A stretch of DNA of 64,000 bases, from IMG/VR virus record IMGVR_UViG_3300044796_000159; one strand, 5' to 3'. Shown piece by piece: positions 31,355 through 41,419 of this stretch. Made by a program: the position numbers and the translations under genes. The notes under the pieces were generated by a model. That model searched no databases and had not been told where the DNA came from. It was given only the letters and a program-made list of their open reading frames with translations. This DNA comes from a virus. Within the stretch, counting starts at the first letter, position 1, and every line of letters starts with the position of its first letter.

Positions 31355-32179
31355 TTATTTTTTAGCAAATGGATGCCAACCTAAAGATAATCCGTAATAC
31401 AATTGTAAACCATTATTTACGACGGGGATAATGTTTACGCCAAAACTGAGTTGATTCGTAATATCGTAAGAAGCACCTAATGCCGCAAGGCCGCCGAAAG
31501 AAGGGTTCCCCAACACACCATTTCCAAGAGCAAGCCCTGCATTAATTGAGATTTTTTCATACCATTTTTTCTCCATAACGCTTGGGTCTATTTTTAAGTT
31601 TAATGCGGTAGGAACAAAATTCTTATCTTGAGAGTTATCTATATAAACCTTATAAGCGCCATCATTTCCTTTAGTAAGAATCAATTCTAACTGAAGTGGT
31701 TTAGTCCATTGAATTTCAGCAAAAGCATAAGCGGGATTTGTCAAAGTATATCCGCTAACAAGAACATTATCTTGTTGCTGACTGAAATCTACTCTAAAAC
31801 GTTCACTAAGACAATCGGCAGGAATAGACGCAGCAACACTTGATGGCTGACTACCTGGTCCTACCACTACCGTTTGAGCAGCGTTTTTTATGTCAAAATA
31901 CTTATTTTTCCATTGTAGAGATATATCAGTTAAAGCAATGACTTGCTCTTTGTTTGTGTTAATATCTTTTTGAAGCTGTCCGTTTTGCGCCTTAAGATTT
32001 TCAAGCTCAAGACCCATCGAAGACCAACTATCTTTTGTAACTTGAACTAACTGTTGACTTTCTACGAGTTTTTGTGTAAGTTCATTAACTTTCTTATCAG
32101 ATTGATACTTTTGGTATCCAAGGCCACCAATTAAAATTAGCGCAACAACAGCAAAGAATATTTCAAGATATTTTCTCAT
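31355..32179 (-). CDS. Membrane-anchored coiled-coil hypothetical protein
   Basis: N-terminal TM (YLEIFFAVVALILIGGLGY) followed by coiled coil. Confidence 0.55.
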   Translation of the reverse strand: MRKYLEIFFAVVALILIGGLGYQKYQSDKKVNELTQKLVESQQLVQVTKDSWSSMGLELENLKAQNGQLQKDINTNKEQVIALTDISLQWKNKYFDIKNAAQTVVVGPGSQPSSVAASIPADCLSERFRVDFSQQQDNVLVSGYTLTNPAYAFAEIQWTKPLQLELILTKGNDGAYKVYIDNSQDKNFVPTALNLKIDPSVMEKKWYEKISINAGLALGNGVLGNPSFGGLAALGASYDITNQLSFGVNIIPVVNNGLQLYYGLSLGWHPFAKK

Positions 32180-32216
32180 TTGATTATATTATATTTGATT
32201 TTATCAAAAAAGTAAA

Positions 32217-32486
32217 TTATTTGTTTTCTCCACCATCGGTTGAAGAGGTATTGACGGCTAACTTATCTCCAGAATATCTTCTGGCTACATAACTACCGAA
32301 TGTTGCACCTAAATAACCCAAAAGCAAAGTGCTATCAGGAATTGAAATATGTATATCTTCGTGCATTCCAAACTTTAATTCTTTAAACATTGACAAAAAT
32401 ACACAAATGCTCACAACAAGCCAACTTAAAGTGGCAAATGTAAGCATGGCGTCTGGTTTTCCGTCTGAGTTTTTAATCCATTTCAT
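32217..32486 (-). CDS. Small two-TM membrane protein (possible holin-like)
   Basis: FATLSWLVVSICVFLSMF and LLLGYLGATFGSYVA hydrophobic segments. Confidence 0.4.
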   Translation of the reverse strand: MKWIKNSDGKPDAMLTFATLSWLVVSICVFLSMFKELKFGMHEDIHISIPDSTLLLGYLGATFGSYVARRYSGDKLAVNTSSTDGGENK

Positions 32487-32535
32487 ATATTTGCTCCTTT
32501 GCTAACAAATATATATAGGACTTAAATATTGTTTT

Positions 32536-35322
32536 TTATTCTTTTATTATGGAATAACCTTGGTCATCTCTAACGACTTCGATTGAGTGGTCAACCATAT
32601 CTTTTAGTACATCAAGATGGGTTATAATATAAACAGTATCAAACATTGTTTTAAGCTGTTCTAATATTTTTCCAAACGCATCCAGATATTCAGCATCCAA
32701 GAAAGATACCTCATCTAATACGAAAATATTTGCCCTTGGCAATGTTGTTATGGACAGTAACGCCGCTCTGATAACAATAGCCGTCAAGGTCTTTTCTGCA
32801 CCGGAACATAATTCTATCTTTCTTGGTTTGTTTTTTTCGTGTTTGAAGAAAATTTCTATTGACTTTCCATCTTCAACAGATGACAGATAAATATCAAAAT
32901 TTACATTACCGGAAAGAAATTTCTTAATTTGTGCATTAATGACATTTAAGTTTCTTGAAGTTATATTTTTTGGAATTCCATCCTTACCCATAGCCAACAA
33001 ATAATAATCATAAATTTGATATTCTTCTTGAAGCTTAAGATATTGCTTTTCATCTTTTAAAAGATTTTCAATTTTAGTTTTAGCTCTTGCGATATTTGTT
33101 AAATATGAAATTGTATTATCTGCGTTTTTTTGTAAATCATTTTCTAACTTTTTAAAATTCTTTTCATCTTCAGATTGAATATTTTCTTTTTCAAATAATT
33201 CTTTATTTGTATTATTTAAATGTATTTTTTGTTCAACTACAGCCAAGTCCCTTTCTAATATTTTGTAATGCTCTTCGTTTGCTGCAAGGTCTATTAATAA
33301 GCAGCAATCGCTATTTTTTAAGCAAGAATATTTTTGTATGTTTTTTATTTTATTATCGTACAAAGATAATTTTTCTAAAACATGAGTTCTTTCTTTGTTT
33401 AAAATATTTATTTTGTCATTAAATTTTAATTTATTTGTTTCAATTGTCTTAATTTTTTCAGATAATTGCTTCTTAAGTTCATCTAATTTTTTATTTTCTA
33501 TTTCATTTAATTGATTCTTTGTAATATAATCATTTAATTCTGTTTCATTTTTCTTAATATCTTCATCAATTTTATTAATATCAAAAATACTAAGTTTTGA
33601 TTTTAAAGATTTAAATTCGTCTTTTGCTAAATTAAATTTTTCTTCAAAAATATTAATATCAAAATATTTTGCTATGATTTTTTGTCTTTCTGTGCCACCA
33701 GCATCAACAATACCAAGCAATTCCCATTGCGCAGCGATGAAAGTTGCCATCATATCTTCAACTGAACCGAATATTTTTGTTATTTCTTTATCAGTCTGCG
33801 AGCGCTCTTCGGCATTCTTATCTTCTTCTGTACCGTCTGGGTGAATAATTTTAAAATCTAAATCCGTTTTACCTTGAGAAACCGGGGCTCCTGCGCCTTT
33901 GCCAGTCTTTACATAAACATGCGTAGCTCTTCTCATAAAATATTTTGTATTGCCTATAGAAATTTGCAATTCGCCGCCGCAAGCCTCTTTGTTTTCATTA
34001 ATCATATCGTCATTTTTAACTACGCGCTTCTTAGATATTCTATTTTTCATAATATAGAGAGGAATATCAACTATTAAAGAACTCTTTCCAGAACCATTCT
34101 TTCCAAATATTCCTACTATACCTTTATATTTAGAAAAATCAAATTCATTGTCTTCGCCATAACTAAACATGTTATAAAAACTCATTTTTTCTATTTTGTA
34201 CTGAACATTTCTCAAAAAACTTTCATCAAACTTGATGTCATACAGCTTATTCAGACTGAATATTTTGTTATGAATTTCTTCCGTGAGGTTGTGAGATGCG
34301 AAAAAATCTTTTATTAATTTTTCTTGAGTTTGAATACTATCCAGAGAATCAACCTTTAGTTTATTTTCGCTGTCCAAACTGATATCCACTGAAGAATTTT
34401 TATCTTTGTCGTGAAAAAGAATCTCTAATGGATTGTAATACAGATTTATTTTGTCTTGCAATGAGCTTTTTTCTCCATTTGTCAACGCTCTTGATATAAT
34501 TCTTATTCTGCACTTATCTTTAATGAGCGAAGTGTCTTGTTGTAATTCTAATTTATCATTTAATTCTATAGTATAGAAAGGATAAAGACTTTGCAGCTTA
34601 ATAAAATCAATTTTATGCTTCTTTTTACTTTGTATGTCCCAAAGCAAATATCCTTTGTCTACACTTTCCGCGTAACTTTGTTGTGGATAAGAGCCACAGT
34701 ATGCAGCCCTATAATTCATGTCTAGAATCTGTTCTGCGTGGATATCTCCAAGCAAAAGGAAGTCTACTATGTCCAAAAATTGCTTGAGCCTGTAGGGGCA
34801 ATCTTCAACTATCTGTCCATTTTGAAGAACTGCGCCCTGTACCATGCCGTGAAATATACCAATATTTAATTCATTAGGATTAATATCTTTGATAGTTGGC
34901 CACTTACTTTCATCATCAAAGCATGAAAAAACAGAAAAGCTAGCTTGGTCGTCATGCAATTCAGAACCGAGCTTATATACTCCAGAATTTTTATAGTATT
35001 TTATCTTATCGTTATTGATTGCTTTAATAATAGGGCTTAATGTATCCATTCTTGAAAGATTCGAAAGAACACCATCATGGTTGCCAGGAATAATAATCAA
35101 ATTAGTAGAGCACAAAGAGGCCAAATTATTGATATGGTCAACCGTCATATCAAAAAGCTCTGGACTTACGTGAGATTTTTCGTGAACAAAATCTCCAGCA
35201 AAAACAATATAGTCAACGTATTGCTTTTCTAATGATTTATAGAGTAGATTAAATACATCTCTATATTCATTATGTCTCTTAAACATTCTAATTTGCTGGT
35301 CTGATATATGACAGATTTTCAT
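32536..35322 (-). CDS. Fused Mre11-Rad50 / SbcD-SbcC-like recombination nuclease (T4 gp47-gp46 equivalent in one polypeptide)
   Basis: N-term metallophosphoesterase (YIVFAGDFVHEK, IPGNHDG, IFHGM, LLLGDIHAEQ) followed by ABC ATPase (Walker A GIFGKNGSGKSSL; signature CSGAEKTLTAIVIRAALL; Walker B NIFVLDEVSFLD; H-loop YIITH). Confidence 0.93.
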   Translation of the reverse strand: MKICHISDQQIRMFKRHNEYRDVFNLLYKSLEKQYVDYIVFAGDFVHEKSHVSPELFDMTVDHINNLASLCSTNLIIIPGNHDGVLSNLSRMDTLSPIIKAINNDKIKYYKNSGVYKLGSELHDDQASFSVFSCFDDESKWPTIKDINPNELNIGIFHGMVQGAVLQNGQIVEDCPYRLKQFLDIVDFLLLGDIHAEQILDMNYRAAYCGSYPQQSYAESVDKGYLLWDIQSKKKHKIDFIKLQSLYPFYTIELNDKLELQQDTSLIKDKCRIRIISRALTNGEKSSLQDKINLYYNPLEILFHDKDKNSSVDISLDSENKLKVDSLDSIQTQEKLIKDFFASHNLTEEIHNKIFSLNKLYDIKFDESFLRNVQYKIEKMSFYNMFSYGEDNEFDFSKYKGIVGIFGKNGSGKSSLIVDIPLYIMKNRISKKRVVKNDDMINENKEACGGELQISIGNTKYFMRRATHVYVKTGKGAGAPVSQGKTDLDFKIIHPDGTEEDKNAEERSQTDKEITKIFGSVEDMMATFIAAQWELLGIVDAGGTERQKIIAKYFDINIFEEKFNLAKDEFKSLKSKLSIFDINKIDEDIKKNETELNDYITKNQLNEIENKKLDELKKQLSEKIKTIETNKLKFNDKINILNKERTHVLEKLSLYDNKIKNIQKYSCLKNSDCCLLIDLAANEEHYKILERDLAVVEQKIHLNNTNKELFEKENIQSEDEKNFKKLENDLQKNADNTISYLTNIARAKTKIENLLKDEKQYLKLQEEYQIYDYYLLAMGKDGIPKNITSRNLNVINAQIKKFLSGNVNFDIYLSSVEDGKSIEIFFKHEKNKPRKIELCSGAEKTLTAIVIRAALLSITTLPRANIFVLDEVSFLDAEYLDAFGKILEQLKTMFDTVYIITHLDVLKDMVDHSIEVVRDDQGYSIIKE

Positions 35323-36272
35323 CTTTTCTCCAATAGCATTTGTATCTTTTTTCTTAGTAATTCAGTTTTCGTATATTTTTTTGCGTTGTTAAATATTTCA
35401 AGGACTTCTTCTGGATTCATTTTGCCGGGGTCTTTATTTTTGCCCAATTCGACCAAAGAAACATCTAGACCATAGTCTACCATTTCTATAGCTATCTCTA
35501 AAGTCTTTTTCTTGGCATCAGGGTCTAACGCTAAAACGACTTCCGTACCGTTTTCATTTAATTTTCTAAACAATAAACTTTGAGTATTTAAAGAGCTTCC
35601 GCACAAAGGCAATGTGTTTTCTGGACACTTAAATAAATCAAAAAATCCTTCAACTATATAAAGTTTCTTTGAAAAATCAAGATTCAATTCATTAATGACG
35701 ATATTGTTTTTATAGTTCGGTGGAAGCGTTGGATTTAGATAAGGTAAAATCTTTTCGTAAATAGTTCTACCAGTAAAAAAATTCAATTCACCTGTAGTAC
35801 TAAAGGAAGGAACTATTATTCTATTTTGATAATTGCCAGAAAAACAAAAGCCTAGTTTATATCTGAGAATATACTCTTCAGTAACACTGCGAGTTTTTAA
35901 ATAATTGAAAATTCTTTGAGAGGCGAGGGAATTTTTTAAAGATACTAACGGCTCATATTCTTTTGGAAGTTCTAAAACAAATACTTCACTGTCTTCTTTT
36001 TGTTTTTTAGAGCGAAACTTATAAAGAGTGGCGTATTTTTTTAACGTGCTGCCATTTGCTTTTAGCTTATCTCTTAATAATAAGTAAGTATTTCCTGTCG
36101 CGTCGCAAACCCAGCATTTATAAACGCCAGTCTCTACATTAATGGAAAGCTTGTCTTTGTGATGATTAACGCAAAAAGGACATTTGACTTGAAATTCTTT
36201 TGAGCTTGAAAAAAACTGTTTGTCTTGCCCAAAAATTCCTTTAAGAAACGAAAGTTTTTCTTCTACAGACAA
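35319..36272 (-). CDS. DnaG-type DNA primase (T4 gp61-like)
   Basis: CHC2-like zinc finger CPFCVNHHKDKLSINVETGVYKCWVC; Toprim KKLYIVEGFFDLF and VVLALDPDAKKKT. TTG start. Confidence 0.9.
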   Translation of the reverse strand: MSVEEKLSFLKGIFGQDKQFFSSSKEFQVKCPFCVNHHKDKLSINVETGVYKCWVCDATGNTYLLLRDKLKANGSTLKKYATLYKFRSKKQKEDSEVFVLELPKEYEPLVSLKNSLASQRIFNYLKTRSVTEEYILRYKLGFCFSGNYQNRIIVPSFSTTGELNFFTGRTIYEKILPYLNPTLPPNYKNNIVINELNLDFSKKLYIVEGFFDLFKCPENTLPLCGSSLNTQSLLFRKLNENGTEVVLALDPDAKKKTLEIAIEMVDYGLDVSLVELGKNKDPGKMNPEEVLEIFNNAKKYTKTELLRKKIQMLLEKR

Positions 36273-36284
36273 GCGTCATTCCAA

Positions 36285-36500
36285 TCATGGCGCCTTCTTT
36301 GTAGAGCACCAAGGCGCGTGAGTTGTTTTAGCTTTTAAAGCTCCACAATCACAAGGATAAGAAATTGTTTTGTCGAAATATTTTTGAAGAGTTTCATCTA
36401 TTACGATGTCGCCCTCTTTACTATCTCCCCATATCGACCATTCATCGTCGATACCGTTGAGAAGTTCTAAAATATCATCATCATCAAATAACTTATTCAT
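36285..36500 (-). CDS. Small zinc-binding hypothetical protein
   Basis: 71 aa, CDCGALKAKTTHAPWC. Confidence 0.45.
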   Translation of the reverse strand: MNKLFDDDDILELLNGIDDEWSIWGDSKEGDIVIDETLQKYFDKTISYPCDCGALKAKTTHAPWCSTKKAP

Positions 36501-36530
36501 TGGTCACTATAGCCTCTTTGTCTTGGTGTG

Positions 36531-36849
36531 TCAAGGCTTTTTAGAATTCCATTCGGAAAGGTAATTATGAATTCTTTCTGCCTTCTCTGCCGTCATACCC
36601 TTTGGTAAAAGTCTTAAATTACAATAGCCGCAAAGGAGACCTCTTACATATAACTTCTTTTCTGATGGAAGCATCTTTTTCCAGCCGCGAACATGAAAGT
36701 GGTCAAAACATAAAAACAATTTTTTTGGCAATTTCAAACAAATATAACATACATAATTTTGTTTTTCGGCTAAAATTTTCCACTCTTCAAGAGAAAAACC
36801 GATATCTTTCTAAAGTTTGTTTTGTTGGTTGCTTTAATTTATTTTCCAT
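36531..36849 (-). CDS. Endonuclease VII-like protein, +1 shift at CGG 36799-36801
   Basis: MENKLKQPTKQTLERY|GFSLEEWKILAEKQNYVCYICLKLPKKLFLCFDHFHVRGWKKMLPSEKKLYVRGLLCGYCNLRLLPKGMTAEKAERIHNYL...; 319 nt minus 1 = 106 codons. Confidence 0.8.
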
Positions 36850-37285
36850 TAATTGTTTTCTCTAAATACTCTATGGCTTTTTGTAATATGTCTATATTTT
36901 CTTTAAATCCACCGAGGGCAGTATTGCAATTCATACACAATAATCCTCTTACCTTTCCGAGTATTGTGGTCATGGTCCACGCAAAGACCTTTTGTTCCGA
37001 GAGTTTGCTGTATTTATTTCATCAATTCCGACAAATCATACATTTGTGATTTTGATTAATTAATATTTGATTATATTGTTCTAGTGTAAGACCGTATTTT
37101 TTATTTAAACGCCATTCTTTGTTGTGATTGGCTTTATCATAAATGCTTTTTTGTGATTTTCTTTCTGGAGTTGAATTATATTCTTTTACCTGTTTTAATT
37201 TTTCTTCTCTTTTTTGAAGATATAGCTTTTTATCGTATTCGCTTTTTTTATTTTTATCCTCTTGTGTTAATGGTCTGCGTTCCAT
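36839..37285 (-). CDS. Endonuclease VII-like (HNH) endonuclease, +1 shifts at CGG 37028-37030, 36997-36999, 36957-36959
   Basis: ...YGLTLEQYNQILINQNHKCMIC|GIDEINTANS|GTKGLCVDHDHNT|GKVRGLLCMNCNTALGGFKENIDILQKAIEYLEKTINGK*; 447 nt minus 3 = 148 codons. Confidence 0.92.
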
Positions 37286-37294
37286 AAGTATATA

Positions 37295-38177
37295 TTACCA
37301 GTCTAGTCCTAATTTAAAAAGAATGTCGGAATCAGTATTTTTACGAATTGGGTGGCCTAATGAAGCAACTCCAACTAATTCATAATTTTTATTATATAAT
37401 CCTATCTTAGTTATGTAAGTACTTCCATCTTGTACAATTTCAGATAATTGATTTCTATTTGACGCACTAATACTTGTATCAACTACAGAAAAGGTCGGAT
37501 TTGAAGAACAGTTTAATTCTCCGGCGGGAGCACGACATCTGAATATTTTTACGGGGATTGTATTTGTGCCTTTAAAACTAATATTCCATTTGTAATTTCC
37601 CGACAAAGAAGAAGAGAAAGCAAAATCTTTCAGATTTGGAGATTTTAAAACAACCAAACCTTCGGCATAAAAGATATTTCCAACTAATGTTCCAGAAGCA
37701 GAACCACTATAAATACCACCTCTACCGTTATCATAAAGATATCTTGTACCCGATATGAAACTATCCGAGGCAGAAAAAGTTCCGAGAATAGATTTCTCTA
37801 TCATAGTAAACTTCTGGTATTGTTATTACTCTAAAATTCTGACAGGTTGTTCCATTAAAATTTGGATTATAATCAGAGCTAACTAATGAATAATAATTGT
37901 ATAAATTTATAATACTTCTGTAAGCTTGCTTATTCGTACCGCCATTTACAGTGTTTAAAAAATCTATAGACGCAGTAAAAGGTCCATCGGTTTGTACGAA
38001 GCCACCTTGCTTTTCAGAATAGCCCATAAATTCTCTATTTAAAAGAGCTGGACTTAAATATTTTCTTTCAAGATAAACACTGCCGCTTACTTGGTCTCCA
38101 TTTAAATTTACATTAAATTGAGGATAAGTTTGGATTTGTGTTTGAATAATATCAGAGGACTGAAACTTAAAGAACAT
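37295..38177 (-). CDS. Baseplate/tail structural protein, +1 shift at CGG 37782-37784
   Basis: ...VITIPEVYYDREIYS|GTFSASDSFISGTRYLYDNGRGGIYSG...KNTDSDILFKLGLDW*; 883 nt minus 1 = 294 codons. Confidence 0.75.
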
Positions 38178-38194
38178 AAGTTTTTATACCTCTG

Positions 38195-39203
38195 TTAGTA
38201 GCTCAACTTAACGCGAAACACCAATTCAGTCGAAGGGTCTTTTCTAACTGGTTCACTTACTTTGGCAACTGCTAACAATTCATCATTAATTGAATACATA
38301 CCGATTGTAGTAATGTATGTTGCAGTTTGGTTATTCGTTCCAGACGTTGGAAGAATTCTGCCGCTACTATCAACGAACGTTGGATTTGTTGAATAGTTAA
38401 ATTCATTATTTAATGCTCTACAAAAATATACAGTAGAATGCAAATCCGTCTGATTGTTAAGTTGTAATAGATTGATTCTATTTTTTAATCCGTTAACAAC
38501 GTGGTCAATGTTTCCTGATAAAGCTACTTGATTCAAATTCATTCTATTGGCCGTAGAACCTGACCAATAAATACTTCCACCGGCAGTTGGCGACAAAAAG
38601 ACACCAGTAGCGAAAGCAATAATGCCGGTATTATAATAAACTCTACCTACTTCAGTAGAACCAGAATAAAGACTTGCTTGGTCGCCACCTGGTCCGATGA
38701 CGAATTGAGAAGCGGCACCAGTATCAGATAATACTAACGCATCACCAACACCACCACTAATTTGAATATTCAATAACGTATTACCTTTTTGAATTTCATC
38801 TTTGAAAATTCTTCTCTTCAAAAGTAAAAAGAAGCATTCGTTATAATTTGTATTATTAAATTGGAAAAGAGAATTTTCACTACCCAATAACAATCTTGCC
38901 ATTTGTTGATAAATTCTATTTTTCTGTACCGGCATGAAAGTATTAACATTATTATAGATAAGAGAGGCGCTACTAATACCGAAAGTTAAATCAATCAGCG
39001 AACTGGCAGAAATAGATGTTGGCGCACCGTCAAATATCGTTTGCCAAAATCCTCCGTGAGGCTATAGAGCCAGAAGTTATATTGATATAGTCTTGAGTGT
39101 AAAAATCAGTAGTACCAGAAAAGTAAGTACCGCTAATAGCGATTACTTCGTTTACGATACTTAATTGACTTTGAACGTCTTGTGCTTGATTTAGGTCTTT
39201 CAA
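38195..39203 (-). CDS. Baseplate/tail structural protein paralogous at its C-terminus to 37295..38177, +1 shift at CGG 39054-39056
   Basis: Likely TTG start at 39203: (M)KDLNQAQDVQSQLSIVNEVIAISGTYFSGTTDFYTQDYINITSGSIAS|GGFWQTIFDGAPTSISASSLIDLTFG...PVRKDPSTELVFRVKLSY*; 1009 nt minus 1 = 336 codons. Confidence 0.7.
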
Positions 39204-39253
39204 AATTATTAATAAAGTTAATTATTTTTTAACTTTATCCTCCAAAAAATGAC

Positions 39254-39955
39254 TTAGTGTTGAAATTCTTCATTGATTACAATATTCACGTCAGCAGAAA
39301 GTCCACTCAATGCACCCATACATCTTACGATTGCAGTAATCGTTCTGTTGCCTACGGTACCAACACCATAAGTATTCCAAACGTCTGAAGACAATGATTG
39401 AACTGAAACGTTAAACGTTACTTGAGCGCCTTGGTTTGCGCCGATGGCTGTTCTTGCTATGATATATTGAGCGGTTCCATAAGGACTAATTGAAACTGGA
39501 GTTTGTTGTTCGACAAATAACAAATCTTTTGGCAGTTGAACAATAAAAGAAGCATCAACGATTTCAGATGGAACAGTTTGTCCACCTTGTGTAGTTTCGC
39601 TAAATGTCAAAGTTTTACCAACTTGTGCATCAGTTCTTTCTCCCAATGTCAAAGATGACACCGCCGAAGCCAAAGATGGCAAAAATGTCAAATCTGGATT
39701 AGAAATAGAAATTAGAGGATATTTTAAAGCAACCGTTTCATTAACGTTAGCTTCAAAAATTGGAGTATTTACAATATTTGCATCTTGCTGAAGTGAACCT
39801 GTACTGGCATTAAACAAGGTATAATCAACTTCATCATCGCCAAAGACATAGCGAACAATTTCAAAGCTCCCGTCATTTCTAGACAAAAAATCTCTACCCG
39901 TGTCTGTAACGACCGCGTCAACATAAATTAAACCAGAATTATTTATAAAACCCAT
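39254..39955 (-). CDS. Structural protein (baseplate/fibre-associated)
   Basis: MGFINNSGLIYVDAVVTDTGRDFLSRNDGSFEIVRYVFGDDEVDY..., intact 233 aa ORF. Confidence 0.6.
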   Translation of the reverse strand: MGFINNSGLIYVDAVVTDTGRDFLSRNDGSFEIVRYVFGDDEVDYTLFNASTGSLQQDANIVNTPIFEANVNETVALKYPLISISNPDLTFLPSLASAVSSLTLGERTDAQVGKTLTFSETTQGGQTVPSEIVDASFIVQLPKDLLFVEQQTPVSISPYGTAQYIIARTAIGANQGAQVTFNVSVQSLSSDVWNTYGVGTVGNRTITAIVRCMGALSGLSADVNIVINEEFQH

Positions 39956-40000
39956 ACTTTTTGTTATTTCTCCGTCTTTATATATTTAGTCTGCAAACTT

Positions 40001-41419
40001 TTAAATAATTTTATTATTTTGAATTGTCAACACATATTCCAATTTAGCATGATTATCTAAAGAAGTAAACCTTAAAAGAAAGTCCTTAGAAACATCTTTA
40101 AAATGAGTATTTGGAGTAATAGTTACACTATTTTTGGCAATTAGTTGTTCATCAACCGTTGTAAATTTTTTGTAAACAAAATTCAATTCATTTAATGCTG
40201 CGCCTTCGCCACTAACAAACGTTAATGGTTTTTCCTGCATCTCAAGCTTAAATTTGGGATTCAATTGACATCCTATTTGTGTCGATAAGAAAGACTCAAT
40301 CCCATGAACCGTATATGAAGTCATTGCATAAATATATGACTTGTTAACATTTACATTTTTATCAACAAATAAATTTGCAATATTATTTTTAATAACATTA
40401 AAGTCTGGCGTTCCTAGATTGCCAATATCAATATCATTAATTTCTGCAATTCTATTCCACGGGTCACCAATCTTTTCTCTTCTGTATATTCTGTAGGATT
40501 TTATATCTCTTTGGTCATCTTCGGGAGCTAACCAATACAAAGTAATTGTATTTTTTAGAGTGTTTGGAACTATTTTAACTCCTTGTGGAGCATTTGGTAA
40601 AACATTTTCTACGACATCTACATAGGTCCAATTCTTACTAACTAATGACTGATAATAGCTAGACTGATAGGTTACCGTAGTTGTCGTTAATTTGCCATTT
40701 TGAGGTGAACGCACATTGGCATTGTCCGTAAGTATTTTAGGGTCAGTAATTTTTATATTTTTGGAACTTCTTCCGCTCGGAGCAATATTTGTACCAGATT
40801 GAAAAATTTGTATTTGGTCGTTAGTAATTTTTGCATAAGTATTTTTATCTAAATTAAAGATATAATTGTTTTTTGGAACATTTTTATTAGAAATGCCATG
40901 CGAAGTAAAAAGACTGCTACTATTGAATATTTGTTGATTATTATTGATTGCTTCTAAAATATTTTTTTGATTATTCATCGGCAAATTATGTATGGCGGTA
41001 TTAACAATAGAGCTAGTAGTTACAATCTGTTGTGTAAATCTTAAAATACTAGAAATTCTATATCTGTAGCACTCACCAAAAGCTACTCTTGTATCAATAA
41101 AAGAATCTGCGTCAGCACCTATGATTCTATATTCATCTATTCTAACCCATTCGCTAGTATTTCTATTGAGTCTTTCTTTGTCAATGATATACCCAACATA
41201 TTCAATTCCTTGCAATTCCTGAATTGAATTGAAGGTTGTTGGTTCGCTTCTATCTATCGATATGTCAGAAAGTGATTGTGCAAACAAAGACAAAGAATTT
41301 AAACTAGTTCCCGACATATCAGATATCGAAGAAGAAAGAATAATTTTTGAAAAACTTTTGTTTGGAAATACAATATTAACATTTGAGGCGTTAGATTGAA
41401 TTGGTAATGAAGTAGCCAT
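40001..41419 (-). CDS. Fibronectin type III-domain-like structural protein
   Basis: APQGVKIVPNTLKNTITLYWLAPEDDQRDIKSYRIYRREKIGDPWNRIAEI... and ECYRYRISSI. Confidence 0.7.
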   Translation of the reverse strand: MATSLPIQSNASNVNIVFPNKSFSKIILSSSISDMSGTSLNSLSLFAQSLSDISIDRSEPTTFNSIQELQGIEYVGYIIDKERLNRNTSEWVRIDEYRIIGADADSFIDTRVAFGECYRYRISSILRFTQQIVTTSSIVNTAIHNLPMNNQKNILEAINNNQQIFNSSSLFTSHGISNKNVPKNNYIFNLDKNTYAKITNDQIQIFQSGTNIAPSGRSSKNIKITDPKILTDNANVRSPQNGKLTTTTVTYQSSYYQSLVSKNWTYVDVVENVLPNAPQGVKIVPNTLKNTITLYWLAPEDDQRDIKSYRIYRREKIGDPWNRIAEINDIDIGNLGTPDFNVIKNNIANLFVDKNVNVNKSYIYAMTSYTVHGIESFLSTQIGCQLNPKFKLEMQEKPLTFVSGEGAALNELNFVYKKFTTVDEQLIAKNSVTITPNTHFKDVSKDFLLRFTSLDNHAKLEYVLTIQNNKII

